A stretch of DNA of 40,184 nt from Candidatus Nanohaloarchaea archaeon (GCA_046497485.1 JAWOFP010000029.1:1-40184); one strand, 5' to 3'. Positions 18,822 to 28,336 are shown, counted from the first letter of the stretch. Numbers and translations: made by a program. Notes: a model not told the origin generated them from the sequence alone.

Positions 18822-18911
18822 GCTTTATTTCAGGTATTGAAGGTTTTTAGTTGTTTTTCAGAGCGTTATGGAACTAAAGATTTTTAAGTAGGGGGCGGCA
18901 ATTGTTAGATG

Positions 18912-19393
18912 AAAATGGCCCTAGTTGCTAATACTAAATGGCTGACCGGAAACATGTCCATGTCAATGGATCTGGTGAGACCTAGCTTTAACCATAGGGC
19001 CAAGACTAAATTCTCCATTATTAATTATCTGGCAGAGTAAAGCGGGATGAAGTCTTGGTCCGATTGGTGGACCAACGACCGACCGCGAATACTCAAAAAA
19101 TTACAAAAGCTTAGTTGACCTCTGCTTCTGCGGAACAGATTAGGTTAGAGGACAACTAGCAAGGGCAGGTCTGGCTTGCAAGGTGAGGCCTGCTCTTCGA
19201 CCCCTCTTATCAACGACTTAAACTTTGATAGATTAGAAGAGGTGCCAACCAAAAAATGAACGCCAACACACGCGACTTTGAAGCCGAACTTGAAGCACAG
19301 GACTTAGAGGTACGAGAAGCTCCTAAAGTTAATTCGGAAGCAGAAGTAGTTACAGCGACCGCTCTCTAAGAACATAAAAGCAGTGCTGCCAGA
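18912..19393 (+). ncRNA. Putative large structured RNA or structured leader, class unknown
   Basis: TTTTTAAG box at 18881-18888 followed by at least six helices (see findings) in an otherwise gene-dense region. Ends are approximate. Confidence 0.65.
19256..19369 (+). CDS. Unannotated 37-aa peptide inside the structured RNA
   Basis: GAGGTG SD at 19239-19244; MNANTRDFEAELEAQDLEVREAPKVNSEAEVVTATAL; acidic with host-like codon usage. Confidence 0.6.
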   Translation: MNANTRDFEAELEAQDLEVREAPKVNSEAEVVTATAL

Positions 19394-19426
19394 GAAAAAG
19401 GAAAGAATTCCTCCAGAGGAAAAGAT

Positions 19427-19903
19427 TTATTCCTGATTACTGTAGGCAGCAGACTCGAAAGCAGCCCAGCCGTTAGCCATAGAATCCAGTATCGAAGTAA
19501 AAGACTTAGCTGGCTTCACGACTTTTCGACGGCCTTGAGACCCTTCATTCGAATCACGATACTCCAAATATTCATACTGAATCACGCCTAGACGACGCAA
19601 CTTTGGCAAAATATTGTTCTTAAGATTTGACAGGCCTTTCTCATGACCCCATTCACCGAAATTATTTAATTTTTCTGAATCAATCTCTCCTTCAGCCTTT
19701 AATTCTCGCAGAAAGATTTTTGCGTACTTGTTCCGTTTCGGCGATTGTTCATGTGGGAAGAAAAGATCGACGAGTTTCTCCCAGTTCCAGGCCCTTTCAC
19801 TTAACTTGTATTTTTGTCTATCTTCAGGGATGGCTATAGAGTTTTTAGTTACAATAGTAGAGGTCTTTCGTGCTTCCTCATCTACAAATGGATGATCTGA
19901 CAT
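19427..19903 (-). CDS. Hypothetical protein, probable winged-helix DNA/RNA-binding fold
   Basis: 158 aa; NILPKLRRLGVIQY...GRRKVVK recognition helix and wing pattern; unusually non-acidic for this proteome. Confidence 0.75.
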   Translation of the reverse strand: MSDHPFVDEEARKTSTIVTKNSIAIPEDRQKYKLSERAWNWEKLVDLFFPHEQSPKRNKYAKIFLRELKAEGEIDSEKLNNFGEWGHEKGLSNLKNNILPKLRRLGVIQYEYLEYRDSNEGSQGRRKVVKPAKSFTSILDSMANGWAAFESAAYSNQE

Positions 19904-19976
19904 AAAGAAAGTATAACTTCTCTAATTGATAAAGTTCTTGGAAACTGATTAAAACCGCGAGGCCTCATTCAAATTT

Positions 19977-20402
19977 ATGAAGGGAATCACCCCTGTAGTC
20001 GCTATCGTCCTATTAATGGCTGTTACTGTAGCTGCAGCAGGAACGCTTTGGACTATGATAGAGGATACTCAGGAATCAGCTCAGGAAAATGCTCCTATGA
20101 TCGAATTCAATACAGATATTCTAAATGTAGAGAGCTGCTGGTACAACAATGCTGAAGACCAAGTTAGGCTTCAGATCAGAAACGAACACTCAACGGATGC
20201 ATTGAACATCAGCAGAGTCAATTACTACTATGAGTACGATTTAACCGAAGTAGATATAGAAGGAAATGAAGAAATAATAGGGCCGCAGAGATCCTGGAGA
20301 GTATATATAAACGATTCCAGCCCTGAAGATGTTCCAACCATCGAGATCAGTAATCAAGGGAACACAATGACCCACAGATGCTTCAATCTTGACACATCTT
20401 AA
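19977..20402 (+). CDS. Archaeal type IV pilin (class III signal peptide)
   Basis: MKG|ITPVVAIVLLMAVTVAAAG prepilin peptidase motif. Confidence 0.9.
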   Translation: MKGITPVVAIVLLMAVTVAAAGTLWTMIEDTQESAQENAPMIEFNTDILNVESCWYNNAEDQVRLQIRNEHSTDALNISRVNYYYEYDLTEVDIEGNEEIIGPQRSWRVYINDSSPEDVPTIEISNQGNTMTHRCFNLDTS

Positions 20403-20441
20403 GCATTTCTTTATTTCAAATTTTTCACCCCATCTTTCTAC

Positions 20442-20930
20442 ATGAGCTACGAAGAACTCTCAGAGGAACAGAAGATAGAGGCCTTAAATCAGATGGAGAA
20501 AGAACTAGATCAAGCACAGGAACAGGCCTCAGAATGGGAGGAGAAAGCCAAAAAAGTCAAAGCCGACTTTGAAAACTTCAAGAAAAAACAGGATGAAAGA
20601 AAAGAGAAATGGCAGCACCAAGCCAAAGAAGATCTGGCGGAGGAAATGATTGAAGTAATCGACAATTTGGAAAGAGCAATTTTATCTGCCGATGAGGACT
20701 CAGCGCTTCTTCAAGGTGTGAAGATGGTAGCAGACCAGTTATATGATAAGTTAGAAAGCGAAGGCCTTGAAAGAATCGATGCAGAAGGAGAAGAGTTCGA
20801 TCCTAACCTTCATAAAGCAGTAGAGAAGAAAGAAGATGGAAAGAAAGTGATTGAAGAAAAGAGAAAGGGTTACATGTTCGGCGATAAAGTCCTGAGAGAA
20901 GCAGAAGTAGTAGTTGGAGATACAGAATAG
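20442..20930 (+). CDS. grpE: Nucleotide exchange factor GrpE
   Basis: ADFENFKK, IDNLERA, FDPNLHKA, KGY...VLREAEVVV. Confidence 0.96.
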   Translation: MSYEELSEEQKIEALNQMEKELDQAQEQASEWEEKAKKVKADFENFKKKQDERKEKWQHQAKEDLAEEMIEVIDNLERAILSADEDSALLQGVKMVADQLYDKLESEGLERIDAEGEEFDPNLHKAVEKKEDGKKVIEEKRKGYMFGDKVLREAEVVVGDTE

Positions 20931-20984
20931 GCGAGTTTAAAAATTTTTATTCATGTAAGTAAAAATGTGGTGAATTAGAAAACA

Positions 20985-22922
20985 ATGGCAGCTATAATCG
21001 GAATCGATCTAGGTACGACAAGAAGCGCAGTAGCACACATCAAAGACGGAGAACCAGAAATAATTGAAAACTCAGAGGGAGAAAGAGTAACTCCTTCAAT
21101 CGTTGCATTCGATGATGGAGAACGGCTTGTTGGAAAACCGGCAAAGAACCAGATGGTAACTAACGAAGAAAACACAGTTAAATCCATCAAGAGACATATG
21201 GGAGAGGATTATACTGTCACGCTTGAAGGAGAAGAATACACTCCACAAGAAATCTCCTCAATGATCTTACAGAAGCTAAAGCAGGACGCAGAAGACAAAA
21301 TTGGCGAAGAAGTTACAAAAGCAGTTATCACAGTTCCAGCACACTTCGACGATACTCAGAGACAGGCAACAAAAGATGCTGGAGAAATCGCAGGCCTAGA
21401 AGTCGAAAGAATACTTAACGAACCAACAGCTGCTTCTCTAGCCTATGGATTAGATGACGACCAAGATAAACAGGTTCTAGTCTACGACTTTGGCGGAGGA
21501 ACCTTCGACGTAACAGTACTGGAAATGGGAGATGGAATCTACGAAGTCCAGTCCACAGAAGGAGACAACGACCTGGGGGGAGACGACTTTGACGAAGAAA
21601 TAGTCGGATGGATCCTCGACAAGTTCGAGGAAGAAAACGATATCAGACTTGATAACGATGAGGCTTTACAGCGAATCAGAGAAAAAGCAGAAGAAGTTAA
21701 GAAAGAATTAAGCTCTAAAAAATCCGCCAAGATAAACATTCCATTCATCCACCAAGAAGACGGCGAAACATACAACATTGACTATGAACTCACGCGTTCA
21801 AAGTTTGAGGATTTAGTAGAAGATCTTATCCAGAGAACAACCAATCCGGTTGAGACCGCGATGGACGATGCCGGAGTAGACTCTTCTGACCTCGATGAAG
21901 TTATTCTTGTTGGAGGAACAACTCGAGTTCCAGCCGTCAGAGAACACGTTCAGGCAATTACAGGCCTTGAGCCAAGCCAAGAAGTGAGCCCTGATGAAGC
22001 AGTAGCTATGGGCGCATCAATTCAGGCAGGTTCAATCGAAGGCGAGATGGACGACATCCTTCTCCTCGATGTAGCGCCTCTTTCCCTGGGAGTAGAGGTC
22101 AAAGGAGGCCTAACAGAAACATTAATCGAAAAGAACACCACAATCCCTGCAGAGGAAAGTAAAACTTTCACCACGGCTCAGGACAACCAGTCCATGGTAA
22201 CTGTGCATGTAGTCCAGGGAGAAAGGGAGATGGCTAGCGACAACAAATCTCTTGGCCAGTTTAATCTCCAGGGCCTACCTCCAGCACCAGCAGGACGACC
22301 TCAAATCGAAGTTACTTTCGAAATCGATTCCGACGGCATTTTACAGGTTTCCGCTAAGGAAAAGCAGTCGGGAGAAGAAGCAAGCATTTCAATCGACGAT
22401 GCTTCCAGACTTGACGACGAGGAAATTGAAGACATGAAAGAGGAAGCAGAGAAACACGCAGAGGAAGATGAGAAGAGAAGAGACTTTATCGAGACCAAGA
22501 ACAAGGCCGATCAAATCGTCAGTCAGGCCGAGTCCCAGATAGAGAACTTTGAGGACCAAGTAGATGAAGAACTGATTGAAGGCATTAAAGAAGCGATCGA
22601 AGATGTTCAAACTGCAAAGGAAGAAGCAGAAGATATAGATGATTTAGAAGAGGCCTCTGAGCACATTGATGAGGCTATTGAAGAGCTTGAGCAGGAGCTT
22701 CAGGAGATCGGTAAAGAGATGTATGATGGCGAAGGTCAGGGCGCTCCCGGTGGAATGGGAGGTATGGGAGGAGTCGATCCATCCAACATGAGTGAAGAAG
22801 ATCTCAAAGAGGCAGCTCAGAACATAAATATGGGCGGCGCAGCAGGCCAGTCAGGCGACGATGTAGTCGATGCCGACTACGAGGAAGTAGATACTGAAGA
22901 AGAGGGTAAGGAGGACGAATAG
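20985..22922 (+). CDS. dnaK: Chaperone DnaK (Hsp70)
   Basis: [45 protein letters not shown]. Confidence 0.98.
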   Translation: MAAIIGIDLGTTRSAVAHIKDGEPEIIENSEGERVTPSIVAFDDGERLVGKPAKNQMVTNEENTVKSIKRHMGEDYTVTLEGEEYTPQEISSMILQKLKQDAEDKIGEEVTKAVITVPAHFDDTQRQATKDAGEIAGLEVERILNEPTAASLAYGLDDDQDKQVLVYDFGGGTFDVTVLEMGDGIYEVQSTEGDNDLGGDDFDEEIVGWILDKFEEENDIRLDNDEALQRIREKAEEVKKELSSKKSAKINIPFIHQEDGETYNIDYELTRSKFEDLVEDLIQRTTNPVETAMDDAGVDSSDLDEVILVGGTTRVPAVREHVQAITGLEPSQEVSPDEAVAMGASIQAGSIEGEMDDILLLDVAPLSLGVEVKGGLTETLIEKNTTIPAEESKTFTTAQDNQSMVTVHVVQGEREMASDNKSLGQFNLQGLPPAPAGRPQIEVTFEIDSDGILQVSAKEKQSGEEASISIDDASRLDDEEIEDMKEEAEKHAEEDEKRRDFIETKNKADQIVSQAESQIENFEDQVDEELIEGIKEAIEDVQTAKEEAEDIDDLEEASEHIDEAIEELEQELQEIGKEMYDGEGQGAPGGMGGMGGVDPSNMSEEDLKEAAQNINMGGAAGQSGDDVVDADYEEVDTEEEGKEDE

Positions 22923-23375
22923 ATGTCCTCTCCTTCTCTTTTAGCCGAGATTAAGGAGATTGAAGAACAATACAGTTACCAAGAGGATGTATTTGAGCAG
23001 TCAGTAAGAATCTCCCCATCTGGCCTAGAAGAGATATCAATTTTTGATAAAAAAGTATTAGTGGATGACTCAAATGTAGGAGAAGCTCTAGAACTAGAGA
23101 TAAGTCTGACACATTTCGAAGAGCCTAAACTAACTGAAAGAGAACCAGGTTTTTACAGGCCTGAAGATCCTTCAAACCAGTGGAATTATGAGGTAGTTGG
23201 AAACGTAGTCCAAATTGAGGAAGTAGAATTGACTTCAGATAACGGAGAGGAAATGATTCTAAATATTGGAGACCACAATGTAAGCGTCACAACTCGCCAA
23301 GAATTTGAAAATTTAGAAAAAGGTCAAAGAATTATCCTATCTAACAATAGAGTAGACTTAGAATCGATTAGGTGA
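22923..23375 (+). CDS. Hypothetical acidic beta-rich protein inside the dnaK-dnaJ operon
   Basis: 150-aa ORF directly abutting the dnaK stop (TAGATG); GGAGGA upstream. Confidence 0.7.
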   Translation: MSSPSLLAEIKEIEEQYSYQEDVFEQSVRISPSGLEEISIFDKKVLVDDSNVGEALELEISLTHFEEPKLTEREPGFYRPEDPSNQWNYEVVGNVVQIEEVELTSDNGEEMILNIGDHNVSVTTRQEFENLEKGQRIILSNNRVDLESIR

Positions 23376-23381
23376 TAAAAA

Positions 23382-24446
23382 GTGAGCAAGGAATACTATG
23401 ATTTACTCGGAGTAAGCGAGAACGCTTCTCAGGATGAAATCAAGAAGGCCTATCGCAAGAAGGCAAAGAAATACCATCCTGACAGTAACGGAGATGATGC
23501 TGACGAAGAGAAGTTCAAGAAAATTAACAAGGCCTACGATGTTCTCTCTGATGAAGATAAGCGTAAAAAATACGATCAGTACGGTAAGCAGGGCGTAGAA
23601 GGTCATGCGGGCAGAGGTCAGCGCCAGGCTGCATCCAATTTTCAGGACCTTTTTGAGGAGATATTTGGAGGAGGCGGCTCAAGAAGAAAGAGCCGCGGCC
23701 AGGACATGAAAATCAATACTACAATATCTCTGGGAGAGGCCTATAATGGTGTCGAGAAAACTGTGAAGGTTTCAAGAAATTCTCAGTGTGAGGCCTGTAA
23801 TGGCTCGGGCGCAGAAGATGGAAACACTGAGACCTGTCCAGAATGTAACGGAGAAGGACGCGTCCGAGAAGTTGAAAGATCTATTTTTGGAAGACGCCAA
23901 GTTGTGAAGGAATGTTCTAGATGTAATGGTCGAGGAGAGATCCCTGAGACAGACTGTTCTGAGTGTAATGGAGAAGGTGTAAGGGAAGTTGAGGAGACTA
24001 TCACATTTGATATTCCCTCGGGCGTCCAGGATGGTCAGAGGCTGCGTTTAGAGGGTAAAGGCCATGAGAACCGTGAAGGCAGGAGCGGCGATCTCTATGT
24101 GTTCATTACTGTTGAAGCTCATGATTCTCTTGAAAGAAGAGGTAGTGACCTGTACACTGTAAAGAAGATAGGTGTCGGAGACGCAGCACTTGGCTGTGAG
24201 GTCACAGTCGACCACCCTGAGAAGCAGATCAGTGTCGATGTACCCTCTGGGACACAGCCAGGACAAGTTCTTAGAGTGAAAGGAAAAGGTATGCCTGAAA
24301 GGTTTAGTAGTGGAGACCTCTATGTAAAAATCGATGTGGATATACCAGAAAGATTGGAAGAAGATGAAAAAGAAGTATTTGAAGAGTTCAGGAGAAAACC
24401 TGAAAGCTCTAAGAGCTTCTTTGAATCAGTCAAAGACTTCATATAA
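23382..24446 (+). CDS. dnaJ: Chaperone DnaJ
   Basis: J domain HPD, four CxxCxGxG repeats, GDLYV; GTG start with AGGTGA SD. Confidence 0.97.
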   Translation: MSKEYYDLLGVSENASQDEIKKAYRKKAKKYHPDSNGDDADEEKFKKINKAYDVLSDEDKRKKYDQYGKQGVEGHAGRGQRQAASNFQDLFEEIFGGGGSRRKSRGQDMKINTTISLGEAYNGVEKTVKVSRNSQCEACNGSGAEDGNTETCPECNGEGRVREVERSIFGRRQVVKECSRCNGRGEIPETDCSECNGEGVREVEETITFDIPSGVQDGQRLRLEGKGHENREGRSGDLYVFITVEAHDSLERRGSDLYTVKKIGVGDAALGCEVTVDHPEKQISVDVPSGTQPGQVLRVKGKGMPERFSSGDLYVKIDVDIPERLEEDEKEVFEEFRRKPESSKSFFESVKDFI

Positions 24447-24460
24447 ACCCTAAAAAAGGC

Positions 24461-25195
24461 CTATACCAGGCCTTTTACATAGGGTACAGCGTACATTACT
24501 GCTACTCCTGTCGAAAACATAATTGAGTGAAGCAGTAGATTGTCATCTGTCTTGAACCGCGGCAATAAGTCGCTTCCTGCTATATAGACAAAGTTACCAA
24601 TTACAAGCGGCAGTAGAAACACATTAACATTTTGAGCGATCGATGCAAGGCCTAATACTATTCCTGCGCCCATAAACATGAATAGAGAGATTCCTGCGTT
24701 GAATAGGACTGCTTTTACTCTTGAAAACCCGCTTTCTACCAGTATTCCGAAGTCGCCGGCTTCTTTTGGAACTTTATGTAGTGCGACTCCTACTGTTGCT
24801 GCGATTCCTGCAGGAGATCCTGCCAAGAAACTTGAAGCGATTAAGATGCCGTCTAATACGTTGTGAACTGCGTCTCCTGCTAATAAGACATATGAGAAGG
24901 CCTCGATGTGATGATTCTGGTTGTGGCAGTGCCAGTGGACACCCCTCTCCAGGAGAAGAGACATGAACATTCCTCCAAGTACTAGGAGTCCAGTCTCTCT
25001 AGTATATCCTAAATTATTTGCTAATTTGAATACTAAATGGATAAAGACTCCGCCGAATATTGTTCCTGCAGATAATGAAATTAGGTATGGTGTTAGTTTT
25101 TCTGTTCTGTCCTTGCTTAGGCCTAGAAATAGTGCTCCGAGACCTGATAGTAGCGATGTTGCGATAAGTGCTGCGATTATTGTTGTGAATACCAT
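24461..25195 (-). CDS. ZIP-family metal (Zn) transporter
   Basis: HWHCH loop, HNVLDG, LHKVPKEAGDF, multiple TM helices. Confidence 0.92.
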   Translation of the reverse strand: MVFTTIIAALIATSLLSGLGALFLGLSKDRTEKLTPYLISLSAGTIFGGVFIHLVFKLANNLGYTRETGLLVLGGMFMSLLLERGVHWHCHNQNHHIEAFSYVLLAGDAVHNVLDGILIASSFLAGSPAGIAATVGVALHKVPKEAGDFGILVESGFSRVKAVLFNAGISLFMFMGAGIVLGLASIAQNVNVFLLPLVIGNFVYIAGSDLLPRFKTDDNLLLHSIMFSTGVAVMYAVPYVKGLV

Positions 25196-25247
25196 ATTGA
25201 ATTAAAGCAGTTATTAAGTTTTTAAGTAATGCTATTAATTTTCGTTT

Positions 25248-25637
25248 ATGGAAGTAATAAGCCTATCAATTGACGAAGAAACACTTGAGAAAATCGACGA
25301 AATTCAAGAAAAAGGAAGCTTCAACGGTCGAAGCGAGTTAATCAGAAAAGCGGTCGAAGGCCTACACCAACAGGTAAACGACAGAGACAAGTTAAGAGGG
25401 AAGATGTCCGCAGTAATAGTCGTAAGACATCCCCACAAACACGAACATGGAATCTCGGAGATTTCACATGAATTCGACAACATTGTGACCACTCAGCTCC
25501 ACAGCAAGTTAAGCGAGGAAAAATGCCTGGAAGTATTCCACACCAATGGCTCAGCCGAAGAGATCATCGATTTCTACAACCAGTTGGAAGGTAGCAAACA
25601 CACAGAGTCAGTAAACATTCTACCCCAAGACACCTGA
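25248..25637 (+). CDS. NikR/CopG-family ribbon-helix-helix metal regulator
   Basis: ISLSID...RSELIRKA RHH; C-terminal HEF, QLHSK, CLEV metal-binding domain. Confidence 0.88.
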   Translation: MEVISLSIDEETLEKIDEIQEKGSFNGRSELIRKAVEGLHQQVNDRDKLRGKMSAVIVVRHPHKHEHGISEISHEFDNIVTTQLHSKLSEEKCLEVFHTNGSAEEIIDFYNQLEGSKHTESVNILPQDT

Positions 25638-25667
25638 TTAAAAAGTAAGCAAGTTGAAACAAGTTTT

Positions 25668-26336
25668 GTGAAGAGAAAACTGCAGTATCTTTCCGGGGCT
25701 TTCCTTTTAGGCCTAATTTATTTCGTCTCAACACTAGAGCTATCCTTATTCACGGAGCTTCTAAGCCCTGAGAAAGTAGCTGAAATACTTGGCCCTTACG
25801 GACCTGCAGGAATAATCGCAGGACAAATCGGACAAGTAATACTTGCACCGATCCCTCCAGTAACTGCTGTAGCCTCAGGAACGCTTTACGGCCCTTTCCT
25901 CGGCGCATTTTACTCAATAATCGGTGCAACAATAGGAACAGTAATAGCAATCTACGTATCCGACAGATACGGAAGGCCTCTAGTCGAAAGATTTGTATCC
26001 GAGGAAAACATGAATAAATTTGATGAATTAACAAAGAAAACAGGCTATCTACCCTTCATCATACTGTTTGTACTCCCAGGATTCCCTGATGACGCATTAT
26101 GCTTTATAGTAGGCCTCACAAATCTCGACTGGAAAAAGCTAGCCTTTATTGCTTCAATTGGAAGACTTCCAGGAATCCTGATGCTGACAACCACAGGACA
26201 TTCAATCGCCGAAGCCAACACACTTCTATTCATAGTTGCTTCCGCCTCAGTCTTAGTTGTAAGCACTTTATCAGTTAGTTACAGAAAACAGATTGAGGCC
26301 ATAACTTCTCAGAGACTTAAGGCGAAACCGTTCTAA
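25668..26336 (+). CDS. DedA/VTT (TVP38/TMEM64) membrane protein
   Basis: QVILAPIP, GTLYGPFLG, LPGFPDDALCF, GRLPG. Confidence 0.88.
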   Translation: MKRKLQYLSGAFLLGLIYFVSTLELSLFTELLSPEKVAEILGPYGPAGIIAGQIGQVILAPIPPVTAVASGTLYGPFLGAFYSIIGATIGTVIAIYVSDRYGRPLVERFVSEENMNKFDELTKKTGYLPFIILFVLPGFPDDALCFIVGLTNLDWKKLAFIASIGRLPGILMLTTTGHSIAEANTLLFIVASASVLVVSTLSVSYRKQIEAITSQRLKAKPF

Positions 26337-26360
26337 AGATCAGCTCTCAAAAATTATGAT

Positions 26361-26738
26361 ATGAAATTAGCTCACACTATGCTGAGAACCGGAAGCCCAG
26401 ATGAAATGATAGAATTCTACAGGGAGGCCTTCGGGTTCGAACTACGGGAAAAGAAGGAAATGGAAACCTTTACACTTTACTTCTTGAAGTCAGAGGATCA
26501 AACTGCTGAAATCGAACTGACATACAACCACGGCGAAGACGATAGATACGAAAAGGGTGAAGGCTTCGGACATATAGCGATCCACACAGATGAAGACCAA
26601 GATTTACAGGAAGCATACGATGAAGCTGTAAACGCTGGTGGAGAAGACTACAGGCCTCCAGAAGAATGTCCTGGAAACTACGGATTTGTAAAGGATCCCG
26701 AAGGATATGAAGTGGAAATTCTGGCGCGCAGCGCCTAA
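26361..26738 (+). CDS. Glyoxalase I (lactoylglutathione lyase)/VOC protein
   Basis: HTMLR, IELTYN, GFGHIAI, FVKDPEGYEVEI. Confidence 0.9.
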   Translation: MKLAHTMLRTGSPDEMIEFYREAFGFELREKKEMETFTLYFLKSEDQTAEIELTYNHGEDDRYEKGEGFGHIAIHTDEDQDLQEAYDEAVNAGGEDYRPPEECPGNYGFVKDPEGYEVEILARSA

Positions 26739-26802
26739 TTCCTCCTTTTTTGTTTTATCAAACTATAGATAATTTTATACGGATAGAAACTCTAACTCAC
26801 TT

Positions 26803-27873
26803 ATGGTGAAACCACAGCTAGTTTTAATTACAGCTTTACTGCTCTTGACTTCAGGAGTGGCCGCACAGGAACAAGCACCAAATCAATCAGAGGATAGTGT
26901 GCTTGGAGAGGATGTAATTGCATCTAACTTTGTGATGCGAGGCCTTCCAGGAAGCAGCCAGGAAGAAGTCGAGGCAGACCGAAGCTTTGAAAGAGAAGCT
27001 GACAGTGACGAATCCTACAATTTAAGTGAGGATGAAGCGCTGGAAGTTGCTCGTGATGAGCTTGGAAGCAGTGAATGGAATTTGGAAGATTCAGAAAGAT
27101 CTGAAGGCCTTTACGAATTCAGTTTCGTAAGAGGAGAATCAGAAGCAGAAGTATCAGTCGATGGATCCTCAGGCCGTATAGTAGAGTTTGAGGCAGAAAT
27201 CGAATGGGAACCTGAAAACGAAGAACCTTCAGCAGTTCTATCAGGATTCATCCAGTTCTCCAGAGAAGGCTATGAAGTCGATACAGACATCGATGTAGAT
27301 GAAGAAAACAATGAGGCCTTATTTGAAGTGGAGATTGAACAGGATGACGAAGTTGGTGCAGAAGTAATTACTCGAGAAGAGATTAGAGAATTCGAGGACG
27401 CAGCACCAGGAAACTACACAGGGAGACTTGAAGTAGTCAGAGATGACGAAGTAGTACACACTGAGGAACAAGAGTTTAGAGTTCCAGGACCAGTAGAGAA
27501 CGAATCAGAAGATGAAGAATCTGAAGACGATGAGTCTGAAGATGAATCTGAGGAAAGTCTCGAAGATATGAGTAGAGAAGACTTGATTGAAGAAGTAAGA
27601 TCGCTCAGAGAACAGGTTCAGTCACTTCAGAACAGAAACGATTCAGACAATTCTGAAGCACCTGGAAATCGTCCTGATGGAATAGAAACTCCAGAAGATT
27701 CAGATGAAGAATCAGAAGACGATTCTGAAGACTCAGAGAATGAGACTGAGGAAACTGAATCCGAGAACGAATCAGAAGATAGTGAAAGTTCAGGACCTCC
27801 AACAGAGGCTCCAGGAAACTCAGATCAGAGACCTGGATTCGTGAACAGAATGCTTTCCGGAATCTTCGGTTAA
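26803..27873 (+). CDS. Secreted acidic protein with PepSY-like domain
   Basis: Signal peptide; LSEDEALEVA...YEFSF...EVSVDGSSGRIV; D/E/S-rich tail. Confidence 0.8.
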   Translation: MVKPQLVLITALLLLTSGVAAQEQAPNQSEDSVLGEDVIASNFVMRGLPGSSQEEVEADRSFEREADSDESYNLSEDEALEVARDELGSSEWNLEDSERSEGLYEFSFVRGESEAEVSVDGSSGRIVEFEAEIEWEPENEEPSAVLSGFIQFSREGYEVDTDIDVDEENNEALFEVEIEQDDEVGAEVITREEIREFEDAAPGNYTGRLEVVRDDEVVHTEEQEFRVPGPVENESEDEESEDDESEDESEESLEDMSREDLIEEVRSLREQVQSLQNRNDSDNSEAPGNRPDGIETPEDSDEESEDDSEDSENETEETESENESEDSESSGPPTEAPGNSDQRPGFVNRMLSGIFG

Positions 27874-27955
27874 AAAATTCCACACAAATTTCCTTTTCTT
27901 TTCTTTAATTTATGATTAAAATTCAAGAAAGAGAAAGAATAATAGAAATTAATTT

Positions 27956-28060
27956 CTAAATTATTTTTACAGTTTCAGGCCTTTTAGGCATTTTAACTTG
28001 TCCCTCAGTTTGCTTGTCTGCCATTAGCTCAACTTCAAAATTTTTGGAATTTGCATCCAT
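27956..28060 (-). CDS. Putative 34-aa small protein
   Basis: Strong SD GAGGAGGCGA upstream; MDANSKNFEVELMADKQTEGQVKMPKRPETVKII. Confidence 0.45.
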   Translation of the reverse strand: MDANSKNFEVELMADKQTEGQVKMPKRPETVKII

Positions 28061-28063
28061 AAA

Positions 28064-28144
28064 TTAATCGCCTCCTCTTTGTGCTGCGGATTTTATCCAA
28101 GATTTCCCAGAAATGGCTTTCCTCTTGTTCAGCTTCTTAACCAT
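28064..28144 (-). CDS. Putative 26-aa basic peptide
   Basis: MVKKLNKRKAISGKSWIKSAAQRGGD; stops 3 nt before the next ATG. Confidence 0.3.
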   Translation of the reverse strand: MVKKLNKRKAISGKSWIKSAAQRGGD

Positions 28145-28336
28145 TACAGAAAAATTAGGATCTGCCTAATTAAGCTATAGTTACACTAAATTATACCTAA
28201 ATAACCACAAACCAAATGATTTAAACTTTTTAACCACCCATTAGCTCTCTATAAAGCTGCAGAATATTATATATATTCTTTCAGGTCTTTTTACCTGTAA
28301 TTAAAGGTATTTATTAGGGACTCCAACTTTATTTCT

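Noticed and set aside
19028..19393. RNase P RNA or SRP RNA
   Set aside because: No GAGGAAAGUCC / ACAGAA..GGCUUA P4 pair and no SRP helix-8 CAGG..GGAA..AGCA motif. A very divergent form cannot be excluded without a covariance search.
18891..19415. Canonical one-piece tmRNA/tRNA-Ala acceptor stem (GGGGGCG at 18891 pairing with TTCCTCC-A near 19408-19415, with G3-U70)
   Set aside because: There is a mismatch in the stem and no T-arm. The G run lies directly after the TATA box, so it is probably untranscribed, and the 3' part is explained by a local palindrome or terminator.
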